Origin: Alphaproteobacteria bacterium
GTDB taxonomy: Bacteria; Pseudomonadota; Alphaproteobacteria; SHVP01
DNA: 64,000 nt
NCBI GenBank assembly: GCA_038116985.1
Contig: JAYOEZ010000007.1
Coordinates: 624-64,623 of the forward strand
Direction of reading: 5' to 3'
Part shown: positions 18,684 to 27,181 of the stretch, in pieces
Numbering within the stretch: the first letter of the stretch is position 1
How the letters are laid out: each line of letters opens with the position of its first letter
Made by a program: the position numbers and the translations under genes
Notes under the pieces: generated by a model
The model's database searches: none
Told to the model about the DNA's origin: nothing
The model's input: the letters and a program-made list of their open reading frames with translations, nothing else

Positions 18684-20377
18684 GATACGCCCTTGATGAA
18701 GGCGTCGACGCCCTTGGCGATGGCCTCGTTCTTGAAGTCGAGAATCTGATACTCCCCGTCCGGCACCATGGCGGCCGCTTCCGGTGCGAACCTGTGGAAC
18801 GGATCGTCCTCGATCGATGCGACCAGTGTGCGGACCGGTACCATCTGCAAGTTGTCGCGCACCGGATAGTCGAAGACCGCGCGCCACACTTTGTCGTAGT
18901 TGCGGTAGTGCTTGAGAATGCCGGTGATCTTGCGCTCGAGAAGCTTGGGGTCGATCTCCGGCTCGATCTTGCGTACCGCCTGGATCGACTCGTTGTACCA
19001 GGGCCAGAACAGCTGTTCGTTGCGCAGCGCGAACCACAGGCTGATCAGGTGCGTGCCGTCCCACTTCGGTTCGATCGGCGGGGCGTAGTTCGGGGCCAGC
19101 GCGTGGCGCAGTTCGTCGGGCATGGCGAGCGGCGCAAACAGGATCAGGTTGCGCACCCGGTCGCGACGGTCGCGCACGTACTCGACCGCAACCGATGCGC
19201 CGCCCCAATGACCGGCGAGATCGATCTTGTCGAAGCCCAGCGCGTCCAGCGCCTCGCCGAGAACTGCCGCATAGTTGGGAATCGTGTGGGGAAGGGACCA
19301 GTCGTCGGAATCGCCGTTACCGGGCATGTCCAGTGCGACGACGCGATGCCCCAGTTTGCCGAGCTCCATCATGAAACCCGCATCCAGACCGACGTCGCCG
19401 GGAATCTGCGGCAGCAGCACGAGCGGAATGCCATCTTCGGGCCCGGCGCTGGCCACCGCCATCTGTCCATAGCTGAGATCGACGTAGCTGCGGTTCAGCT
19501 TGCCCGCAATCGCGGCCGGCGGCGGCGGCAGCGGCGCGTCCTGCGGCGCCGGATGCTCTTCGAGAATCTCGCGGTAGCGCAGCGCCGCCTCGCCGATGTC
19601 GCGCGGCAGCTCCTCCGTCCAGGAGCCATCGGCCTTGCGGTCCTCGATGAGGGGAAAGCCTTTGATCAGCGAATCGCCCGTGCGCGCGCCGAAACACGTC
19701 GGCACCTTGAGCTTCGCGATCGGTTCGAGGCCGGCATAGCGGAAGACCGCGCCGTAGCCCACGTTGTAGGCCTCGCCGGTGATGAAGCGCGGCAGCACCA
19801 TGTCCTGCATCGGACCCGGCGGCGGCGGTGCCGCGGTCGTCGTGCGGTTCTCCTTGTGCCACCGGAAGGTCGGCGAAAAGATGAACTGTTCGCGGAACTT
19901 GTGCCACTGGTACATCAGGTGCGAACCGTCCCATTTGGGCGTGTAGGGCGGCAGGTAGTACTTCGTCATGTCCTCGCGGTAGGCGTCCTCGTAGGCCGGA
20001 TAGCCGTCGATAACGAATACCGTGATGCGCTCCGGATAGCGCACCGCGAATTCCATCGAGATCGACGCACCGGTATGCGACCCCCACAGCCCGCACTTAT
20101 CGATGCCGAGCGCGTCGAGCGTGTCCTTCAGCGCTTCGGCGAAGTCGGGGATCTCCGGCTTCTCGATGTCGAGCAAATCGGAATGACCGTAGCCCGGCGT
20201 GTCGAGCGCGATCGCCGTGAACTTCTCGGCGAAGACGCGGGTGAACGGGTCGATCCCCTTCGCCCAACTGGGCGAAGGATGCAGCATCACGACGGGAGGG
20301 CCCGATCCGGCTCGGCGATAGTGGACGCGCCTTGAACCGACCGTGACGAAGTGACTGCGAATGGTGGTGTTGCCCAT
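18680..20377 (-). CDS. tandem two-domain alpha/beta-fold protein B (elbows G-S-H-T-G and G-H-W-G-G)
   Basis: 565 aa. Domain 1 has VVMLHPSPS, DTPGYGHSD and LWGSHTGASISMEFA. Domain 2 has DMPGNGDSD and LAGHWGGASVAVEYV. Paralog of 17013..18683. Confidence 0.85.
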   Translation of the reverse strand: MGNTTIRSHFVTVGSRRVHYRRAGSGPPVVMLHPSPSWAKGIDPFTRVFAEKFTAIALDTPGYGHSDLLDIEKPEIPDFAEALKDTLDALGIDKCGLWGSHTGASISMEFAVRYPERITVFVIDGYPAYEDAYREDMTKYYLPPYTPKWDGSHLMYQWHKFREQFIFSPTFRWHKENRTTTAAPPPPGPMQDMVLPRFITGEAYNVGYGAVFRYAGLEPIAKLKVPTCFGARTGDSLIKGFPLIEDRKADGSWTEELPRDIGEAALRYREILEEHPAPQDAPLPPPPAAIAGKLNRSYVDLSYGQMAVASAGPEDGIPLVLLPQIPGDVGLDAGFMMELGKLGHRVVALDMPGNGDSDDWSLPHTIPNYAAVLGEALDALGFDKIDLAGHWGGASVAVEYVRDRRDRVRNLILFAPLAMPDELRHALAPNYAPPIEPKWDGTHLISLWFALRNEQLFWPWYNESIQAVRKIEPEIDPKLLERKITGILKHYRNYDKVWRAVFDYPVRDNLQMVPVRTLVASIEDDPFHRFAPEAAAMVPDGEYQILDFKNEAIAKGVDAFIKGVS

Positions 20378-20476
20378 GGTGACCTCCCCTGATTTGCCGC
20401 ATCATAGCTGCCACAATGGCGCGGCGCTTCATCGCCGAGGCCTGCGCCCGCGGATTGCGCGAACATGGAGGACGCA

Positions 20477-21457
20477 ATGAACCGGACCGGACCGCTCGAA
20501 CGAGCTTCGATCTTTGTTCGCGATACGGAGCGTTCGCTCGCCTTCTACCGCGACATCCTCCGCCTCGATGTGGTCGAGACCCGCGATCTCGAAGGCCCGG
20601 TCATTGCCAGCATGATCGGGCTCGACGACTGCAAGATCAGGGTGACCTACCTCACGGCCGAGAACAGTGAACGGGCGCGGCTGGGGCTGTTCGAAGTCTA
20701 CGATCCGCGCCCGCCCGAACTGCCTCGTCCGCCGACCGCGTCGATCAATCTGGGCCAGCCCGCGCTCGTGTTCGACAGCCCGTTCATTGCCGACATCCAT
20801 GCCGATCTAAAGGCGGCTGGCGACTACACCTTTCTGTGTGAGCCTTTCGAGATGCCCGACAACCAGGGCGGTATCTATACCGAGATGATCGTGTTCGACC
20901 CTGATGGCGTCGCAGTTGACGTGATGCGCTACACGTTGGGCGACGGAGCCGAGGTCAGCGATGTTGTCAACCGCACTCGCGGCGAAATGCCCGGCGGCAC
21001 GAACCGAACCTCTCCGATCATGCGCGGCTCGATCATGACGCGCGATACCGCCAAGGCGCTGGCTATTTATTGTGACGTTCTAGGTCTCACCGTCGTTCAA
21101 GAACGTACGCTCAGCGGCCCGGCGATTGGAGACATCTTGGGCCTCGGCGAATGCGAAGTCAGGACTACCTACCTGACAGCGGCAGACAGTGAGGTCGGTC
21201 TGATCGGCCTGATCGAGATCACCAAGGGCCGCCCGACTGAACTGCCGCGCCCGGAGGCGCGCATTCACTGCGGCCAGCCCGCCTTCGTCTTCGCGACCCA
21301 GGAGAACCACGCGATCTCGGCCGAGTTGAAGAAGGCCGGGGCGACGTTCATCTGCGAGCCGGTAGACTTCACCAGCCCGCGCGGGACCTATATCGAGACG
21401 ATCTTCCTCGATGCCGACGGCATCCCCGTCAGCATCATTCAGTTCACGCCGGCCTGA
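20477..21457 (+). CDS. tandem-domain VOC (glyoxalase/bleomycin-resistance/dioxygenase) family protein
   Basis: 326 aa from ATG 20477 (GGAGGA RBS; alternative ATG at 20465). Two homologous halves (SIFVRDTERSLAFYRDILRL... and SIMTRDTAKALAIYCDVLGL...). Confidence 0.8.
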   Translation: MNRTGPLERASIFVRDTERSLAFYRDILRLDVVETRDLEGPVIASMIGLDDCKIRVTYLTAENSERARLGLFEVYDPRPPELPRPPTASINLGQPALVFDSPFIADIHADLKAAGDYTFLCEPFEMPDNQGGIYTEMIVFDPDGVAVDVMRYTLGDGAEVSDVVNRTRGEMPGGTNRTSPIMRGSIMTRDTAKALAIYCDVLGLTVVQERTLSGPAIGDILGLGECEVRTTYLTAADSEVGLIGLIEITKGRPTELPRPEARIHCGQPAFVFATQENHAISAELKKAGATFICEPVDFTSPRGTYIETIFLDADGIPVSIIQFTPA

Positions 21458-21460
21458 CGG

Positions 21461-21808
21461 TTAGGGCTCCTTGGGCGGCGCCGGTTCGTCGGGATCGGCG
21501 GCGAGGCCTTCGACCCGTTCGCGCAGGACGAAGAAGATCCGGTCGATAAAGGCCTGGCTCTCGGCGTCCATCTTGGCGCGCTGCGCAGGTGTGACCTTCA
21601 AGCCGTCCAGCTCCTTCTGGGTGAACAGCTTCTTCTTGGTCGCGAGCGATTCGTACGCGGCAAGGCGTTCCTTCACCACCCACAGCTCCTGGGCCAGGGC
21701 CATGGTGATCGATACCAGTTCGTCGACGCCCTCGGCCGAAAAGAACTGGGACTGCTTGCCGCGAACGCTGTAGCGCAACGGCTTCTTGCCGTCGCTCGCG
21801 CTCGTCAT
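21461..21808 (-). CDS. 115-aa helical protein of unknown function, coupled to methyltransferase paralog 3
   Basis: ATG 21808 overlaps the methyltransferase stop (ATGA). Protein-like composition (…LVSITMALAQELWVVKERLAAYESL…). The longer ORF to 21982 overlaps the methyltransferase gene. Confidence 0.6.
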   Translation of the reverse strand: MTSASDGKKPLRYSVRGKQSQFFSAEGVDELVSITMALAQELWVVKERLAAYESLATKKKLFTQKELDGLKVTPAQRAKMDAESQAFIDRIFFVLRERVEGLAADPDEPAPPKEP

Positions 21809-22998
21809 TTCCAGGCTCCGAAGCAGTACCAGTGGATTCCGGCCGCGAAGCGTCCGGTTTGGTCGTCGGCCTTGCCGGTCTGCTGCTTGACCGAATCCTT
21901 GACCGCCTTCTCGCCATACTGGCCTAGGCTCGGGATGATGTACTGGACGAACTTGCTCTTCGCGAAGCCGGCCTCGGCGCACACCGCGCGCGGGTCGGCG
22001 TCTCGGAACAGCTTATAGAAGGGCTCCTTGTTGTAGTAGGAGTCCCAGTCCAGGTAGAACTGGTCATAAGGCCCCAGCATCTTGTTGGGCGGCAGTTCCA
22101 TGTGAAGCATCAGCCCACCCGGTTTCAGCAGGCGACGCGCCTCCTTGAACACCTTCTTGATGCCCTTCTTGGGCACTTCATGCAGGAACATCGACGAGAA
22201 GATCAGGTCGAAGCTTTCGTCCTCGAACGTGGTCTCCTCGGCGTTCTGCTGGTGGAAGTGAACGCTCACACCTTCTGACTGGGCGCGCGCGTTGCCGTAG
22301 CGCACGACGGGCCCGCCGACGTCGATCGCGTGTACTTCCGCCTTCGGGTAGGTCTTGGCCCAGGGCACCGTGTTGTGGCCGATGGTGCAGCCCATGTCGA
22401 GAATGCGCGCCGGCTTGAACTTCGGATACCTGTTCTTGATGAACAACGAGATCGAACTGCCGATGTCGTCCAGGTTGTCGCCGAAGAAGCCCATGCTGAA
22501 CACGGAGATGCCGTTGTCGTAGACCGCACCCTGGGTCACGTCGTCGGGGCCGTATTCGGTGTCGTAGTTGCCCGGCATCAGATGCACGTCGATCGCTGCG
22601 ACGCTGCGCGGTACCTCGAAATTCGGATCGGTCTGGACGCTGCCCTTGGCCTTCTTCGACCTGCTGAGCGTCTTGGCCTTCTTGTTCAGGGCGTCCTGAT
22701 TGCGCTCTACCGTCGGCAGGATCGATCGGAACACCATTTCCTGCACGTTGCAGCGCATCGACGAATAGAACTTGAACGTGGTGTCGTTCTTGAGCGCCCG
22801 GTGCACCTCGACGCCGTCCTTGGGTGCGCGGCGGTTCTTGCGCTTGAAGTCGGGCTCGACGGCGTTCTCGTAAACCGTTCGCATGCCGTTCGCCATGTCG
22901 TGCAGCACGTAGAGCCGCATGCTCGACATGAACGCCTGGCGCGCCGCCTCCTCGGGCGTCGGGTCGATCTTCAGGTCATGGTGGACGTATTTGGTCAT
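21805..22998 (-). CDS. class I SAM-dependent methyltransferase with N-terminal domain (paralog 3 of 3)
   Basis: 397 aa from ATG 22998 (GAGAGG RBS; MTKYVHH...). ILDMGCTIG, AEVHAIDVGGP, FEDESFDLIFSSMFLHE and LLKPGGLMLH. N-terminal domain contains HLMPGNYDTEYGPDDVTQGAVYD. Confidence 0.85.
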   Translation of the reverse strand: MTKYVHHDLKIDPTPEEAARQAFMSSMRLYVLHDMANGMRTVYENAVEPDFKRKNRRAPKDGVEVHRALKNDTTFKFYSSMRCNVQEMVFRSILPTVERNQDALNKKAKTLSRSKKAKGSVQTDPNFEVPRSVAAIDVHLMPGNYDTEYGPDDVTQGAVYDNGISVFSMGFFGDNLDDIGSSISLFIKNRYPKFKPARILDMGCTIGHNTVPWAKTYPKAEVHAIDVGGPVVRYGNARAQSEGVSVHFHQQNAEETTFEDESFDLIFSSMFLHEVPKKGIKKVFKEARRLLKPGGLMLHMELPPNKMLGPYDQFYLDWDSYYNKEPFYKLFRDADPRAVCAEAGFAKSKFVQYIIPSLGQYGEKAVKDSVKQQTGKADDQTGRFAAGIHWYCFGAWK

Positions 22999-23080
22999 GA
23001 TCCGGCCTCTCATCCGCGAAACTGCAACGCGTTCGCAGTATGGTGGTTCGGGCCGCGCTTGGAAAGCGCCGGTCCGGACG

Positions 23081-24178
23081 CTATGGCTTGATGCCCAGCC
23101 GTTCGTTGACGCGCGGCATCACGTTCCTGGCAAGTAGTTCCATCGAGCGGAACCAGCCGTCGCGCGCGCCGGGATCGGCATAGTCGAAACCGATCTGCAG
23201 CAGCACGCCGAACCCGCCGGTCTGTTCGTGCTGGTCGACGATCTGGTCGACCACCTTGTCGGGGTTACCGACGAACCACGTGCCGTGGTCGACGAGGTAG
23301 GCGGCGTCGACCTTCGCGTCGGCAGGTGCGCCGTCGCGCCGGAACATGTCGGCAATGCCGAGGCGTTCCGCGATGATGCTGAAATAGCCGTTCCAGAACC
23401 GCCCGGCGAAACCGTCTACGACGGCCTTGCGTGCCTCGGCGTCGGTGTCGGCGACGAAAATCTCTCTGATCTGGCGCCAGTTCTGTCGTGATGGCGTGCG
23501 TCCCGAACGTGCCGCGCCTTCTTCGATTGACGGCCAGTGCACCGAGACGTGCTGCGGCGCCACGTTGAAGCTCATGGGGATGTAGCCCTTTTCGCCCGCG
23601 ATCATCAGCGAGCCCGACTTCGGCATGAACCCGGCAAACGCGATGCGCGGTTCCGCCGGCGCGAAGGGCTTGAGATGCCAGTAGTAGCGGTCGTTGTAGT
23701 CGGGCCGCCGCGTCGTCCAGAACTCGCCGTCGAAGTCGCCCGGGCCTTCTGGCGACCACGCCTGCAGAATGATCTCGATGGCCTCGCGCGAGCGCAGGCC
23801 GTTTTCGCCCTTGGCGAAGTCGAGGCCGTAGAGTTGCCCGTCTGTCACCGTGCCGCCGGCGCCGAACCCGAACATCAATCGCCCGCGGCACATGTGGTCG
23901 AGCTGCAGGAGCTCGGCCGCGAGCCGCAGCGGGTGCTGCTGGTACAGCACCTCCACTCCGGTGCCGAGTCGGATGTCCCGGGTGCGGCCGGCCGCACCGG
24001 CAATGATCTGCTGCGGCGAGGGCAGGGGTTCCCATGGCGTGGTGATGTGCTGTCCCACCCAGGCCTCGGCGTAGCCGAGCGCGTCGGCGCGCGCGATCAT
24101 CTCGATGTTCCAGTCGATGACGTCGGCGAGCGGCCGCTGCGGGTCGCTCGCCGGCATGAGAAACAGGCCCAGTTCCAT
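23081..24178 (-). CDS. LLM-class (luciferase-like) flavin-dependent oxidoreductase
   Basis: 365 aa. MELGLFLMP..., ADALGYAEAWVGQH, IRLGTGV and LMFGFGAGG are typical of the luciferase-like monooxygenase family. Confidence 0.8.
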   Translation of the reverse strand: MELGLFLMPASDPQRPLADVIDWNIEMIARADALGYAEAWVGQHITTPWEPLPSPQQIIAGAAGRTRDIRLGTGVEVLYQQHPLRLAAELLQLDHMCRGRLMFGFGAGGTVTDGQLYGLDFAKGENGLRSREAIEIILQAWSPEGPGDFDGEFWTTRRPDYNDRYYWHLKPFAPAEPRIAFAGFMPKSGSLMIAGEKGYIPMSFNVAPQHVSVHWPSIEEGAARSGRTPSRQNWRQIREIFVADTDAEARKAVVDGFAGRFWNGYFSIIAERLGIADMFRRDGAPADAKVDAAYLVDHGTWFVGNPDKVVDQIVDQHEQTGGFGVLLQIGFDYADPGARDGWFRSMELLARNVMPRVNERLGIKP

Positions 24179-24228
24179 GCGCCGGTTCTAGTGGATGCGG
24201 CGCGCCGATGGAACCCGCCGGGCGGTCT

Positions 24229-25143
24229 TCAGCGCGGCAGGTAGCCCGGTGCGACGTTGCGCGACCGGCGTCGCTCGGGGTCGCCCTGCAGCGAGGAGCC
24301 GGATTCGCCCGATGCCATCGCCTGCAGCCGGGCGATCCGGTTGGCCGTCGACGGATGGGTCGAGAACAGGTTGTCGCGCTTGTGCGCGTGCAACGGGTTG
24401 ATGATGAAAAGGTGGGCCGTCGCCGGATTGTTTTCCGCCGCGACGTTGTCGATGCGCGCAGCGCCGGCGGAAATCTTGTCCAGCGCCGAGGCCAGCCACA
24501 GCGGGTTGCCCGCAATCTCGGCGCCGATCCGGTCGGCCTCGTATTCGCGCGAGCGGCTGATCGCCATCTGCACCAGCATCGCCGCCAGTGGGGCCATGAT
24601 CATCACGGCGATCGTGCCGACCAGGCCGAGCGGGCTGTCGCGCCGCCCGCCGAAGAACAGCGCGAAGTTCGCCAGCATGCTCAGCGCGCCGGCGAGCGTC
24701 GCCGTGATCGTCATGATCAGCGTGTCTCGGTTCTTGATGTGGGCCAGTTCGTGCCCGACGACACCCGCCAGTTCGGCCTCGCTCAACTGGCGCATCAGGC
24801 CGGTCGTCACCGCGACAGCCGCATGCGACGGGTTGCGGCCGGTTGCAAACGCGTTGGGCTGCGCGTTCTCCATGACGTAGACCTTGGGCATCGGTAGGTC
24901 GCCGCGGCTCGCAAGCCGTTCGACCATCGCGACCAATTGAGGATGGCTATCGCGCGACACTTCCTTGGCGCCATGCAGCCGCAGCATCAAACCATCGGAA
25001 TTCCAATAGGCGAACAGGTTCATGCCCGCCGCGACGATCAGCGCGATGATGAGCCCGCCCTCGCCGCCGAGCAGGAAACCTGCGGCGAGGAAGAGGGCGG
25101 TAAGGCCCGCGAGGAGAATGGCGGTCTTGGCGTAGCCGGTCAT
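24229..25143 (-). CDS. htpX: zinc metalloprotease HtpX (M48 family)
   Basis: 304 aa. N-terminal TM helices, [12 protein letters not shown] zinc motif, and C-terminal [14 protein letters not shown]. Confidence 0.9.
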   Translation of the reverse strand: MTGYAKTAILLAGLTALFLAAGFLLGGEGGLIIALIVAAGMNLFAYWNSDGLMLRLHGAKEVSRDSHPQLVAMVERLASRGDLPMPKVYVMENAQPNAFATGRNPSHAAVAVTTGLMRQLSEAELAGVVGHELAHIKNRDTLIMTITATLAGALSMLANFALFFGGRRDSPLGLVGTIAVMIMAPLAAMLVQMAISRSREYEADRIGAEIAGNPLWLASALDKISAGAARIDNVAAENNPATAHLFIINPLHAHKRDNLFSTHPSTANRIARLQAMASGESGSSLQGDPERRRSRNVAPGYLPR

Positions 25144-25260
25144 CTGCGTTTCCCATAGGTCCCATGTTTCAGGGCATGTTTTCAGATGGTGGGATCAGGT
25201 CGTATTTCAAGCTTCGGTGTGCCCTTGCCTCCACGGGCGGCGTCCGGCTTACTGGCGCCC

Positions 25261-25467
25261 ATGAGCACCGAACGGCCGCGCTTCAATATCTGGCTCAATC
25301 TCTTCATCCTCGCAGGGATCGCTGCCGTCGCGGTCGTGCAGTCGCGCGGCTGGTTGCCCGAGGACAACGTCGTCGTCACCGGTATCGCCTACTTCGCTGG
25401 CGGCGCGGTCGGCGCACTGCTCTACGCCGGTCTGAGCGACCTTCGCCACCGCCTGGTCGGCAAATAG
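25261..25467 (+). CDS. possible small membrane protein (68 aa, 2 TM)
   Basis: ATG 25261. MSTERPRFNIWLNLFILAGIAAVAVV... and ...GIAYFAGGAVGALLYAG. No family recognised. Confidence 0.4.
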   Translation: MSTERPRFNIWLNLFILAGIAAVAVVQSRGWLPEDNVVVTGIAYFAGGAVGALLYAGLSDLRHRLVGK

Positions 25468-27180
25468 CTATTCGTCGACGAAATCTCGGATCAACGCGGC
25501 GATCTCTTCGGTGCGCGTGTCCATCATGCCGTGGCCGAATCCCGGCATGTCATGCACCCGGCCCTTCTGGATCAGGTCGGCTGCCCGTTTCGACTGTTCA
25601 TAGAGGTCGTCTTCGGGGTTGAGCACCAGCACCGGCGAGGTGACCTGCTTGAGGCGCTTGGCCATGGGATAGGCGAACGCCGCCCGGTGGCCCCACGAAT
25701 AGGCCGGACCCCAGCGCAGCGTCTCGTTGAAGGCATCGGCATAGTTCTCGATCGTCTGTCCGGGGCCGAGCCATTTCCAGAACGCCTGCCAGCGCATCAC
25801 GTTGTGCATGCCGTTCTCGTCGAACTCGATGGGCGTATAGGCGTCGCGAAAGCGAACCAGGTCTTCTTCGGAGAATAGTGGCGCGGAGTACATGATGATG
25901 TGGGCGATCATCTTCGGCATCCGGTGCCACAACTCGGTCGCGATCTCGCTGCCGGTGTGGAAGCCGAACAGATCGACGCTGTCGAAGTCCTGTTTCATGA
26001 TGAACTCTGCCATCACGTCGGCGAAATCGCCGATCTCGACAGGTTCCGGCGGCGGCTCGCTCTCGCCGAAGCCTGGCGTGTCCGGCGCCAGCACGATCCG
26101 GTCCCTGCCGATCACCGGCATCAGGTTGATGTAGGCGCGTCCGGAACGTGGGCTGGCATGCAGGCAGATCAGCGGCCGTTGCGTACGGTCGGCCTCGGGC
26201 GGCCGCACCGCGCGGTAGTGGAGTTGTCCCCAGCGGCTGTCGGTGAACGCGCGTCGCACGAAACTCGCACCTGTGGAAGGCGAAGCGATCGCCTTCTTCT
26301 TGGCGTCGTCCGGGTCGACGACGTCGGTGTCGGGCTCGCCGTCGTCCAGGAAATCGCGGACGATCTGCGCCACGTCTTCCGTATGGGTTACGAACATGCC
26401 ATGGCCGAACGTTTCCTTGGGCAGGTCCAGCACGCGGCCGTTGCGCAACAACGGCGCCGCGCGGCGCGTCTGTTCGACGAGGTCGTCTTCGGGGTTCAGC
26501 ACCAGAACCGGCTGCGCGGTCTCGGCAAGCCGCTCGCCGAACGGATAGTTGAACGCGGCGCGATGGCCCCAGGCGTAGTGCGATCCGTCGCCGCGCAGCA
26601 CTTCGGCGATTGTGAACTGATTGAGATTCGCATCGACCCCCGGCCCGCGCCACTTCCAGTGGCCGGCCCAATGCCGTTTCAGGTGGCTCCCGTCCTCGGC
26701 CAGCGCGATGCCCTTGTAGTGATTGCGGAACTCGGTGAGTTCCTCGTCAGTAAAAATGGGCGCGGAGACGATGACGACGCGCCGGACCTGGTCCGGGCGT
26801 TGGCGCGCGATCTCGATGGCGATTTCGGAACCGGTGTGGATGCCCAGGACGTCGACCGTGCCGATGCCGAGACCGTCGAGCACTTCGCCGGCGCAGGTGG
26901 CGAAGTCCTCTATTTCCTTAGGTTCCGGTGGCGTCGTGCTTTCGCCGAACCCGATCGTGTCGGGCGCGACCGCCACCCGATCATGGCCCATCTCCTGGAT
27001 GAACTGGGCGAACATGCGCCCCGAGCTCGGACTCAGGTGAAAGCACATGAGCGGAACACGCGTCGGGTCCTTGGGCCGCGCGATCCTGTAGTGGACCTGT
27101 CCGACCTGGCAGTCAGCGAAGCCCCGCCGCACACCCTCGGGTGTGCGCCACGGTTTCATGGCGTCGTCGCGGTTTGGCAT
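25468..27180 (-). CDS. tandem two-domain alpha/beta-fold protein C (both elbows G-x-H-T-G)
   Basis: 570 aa. Domain 1 has CFHLSPSSG, APDTIGFGES, VLGIHTGSEIAIEIA, NPEDDL and FGHGM. Domain 2 has CLHASPRSG, APDTPGFGES, LFGFHTGSEIATELW, NPEDDL and FGHGM. The start lies 1 nt after the stop of the upstream paralog. Confidence 0.85.
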   Translation of the reverse strand: MPNRDDAMKPWRTPEGVRRGFADCQVGQVHYRIARPKDPTRVPLMCFHLSPSSGRMFAQFIQEMGHDRVAVAPDTIGFGESTTPPEPKEIEDFATCAGEVLDGLGIGTVDVLGIHTGSEIAIEIARQRPDQVRRVVIVSAPIFTDEELTEFRNHYKGIALAEDGSHLKRHWAGHWKWRGPGVDANLNQFTIAEVLRGDGSHYAWGHRAAFNYPFGERLAETAQPVLVLNPEDDLVEQTRRAAPLLRNGRVLDLPKETFGHGMFVTHTEDVAQIVRDFLDDGEPDTDVVDPDDAKKKAIASPSTGASFVRRAFTDSRWGQLHYRAVRPPEADRTQRPLICLHASPRSGRAYINLMPVIGRDRIVLAPDTPGFGESEPPPEPVEIGDFADVMAEFIMKQDFDSVDLFGFHTGSEIATELWHRMPKMIAHIIMYSAPLFSEEDLVRFRDAYTPIEFDENGMHNVMRWQAFWKWLGPGQTIENYADAFNETLRWGPAYSWGHRAAFAYPMAKRLKQVTSPVLVLNPEDDLYEQSKRAADLIQKGRVHDMPGFGHGMMDTRTEEIAALIRDFVDE

Positions 27181-27181
27181 C

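Noticed and set aside
17013-19208. N-terminally extended versions of real genes in the track: 17013..19208, 14315..15880, 15145..16710, 9462..10853, 45340..46692, 43784..45157 and 37106..38509.
   Set aside because: The extensions overlap upstream genes and have Arg/Pro/Gly-rich, non-protein-like sequence. Internal starts with RBS or stop-start overlaps coincide with the beginning of the conserved domains.
25150-25190. Near-perfect direct repeat CATGTTTCAG-GG-CATGTTTTCAG and a CCTATGG element just upstream of htpX, considered as a sigma-32 heat-shock promoter.
   Set aside because: Spacing between the CTGAAA-like and CCTAT-like elements (7 or ~20 nt) does not fit the sigma-32 consensus geometry as I know it. 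The -10-like element would also leave almost no 5-prime UTR.
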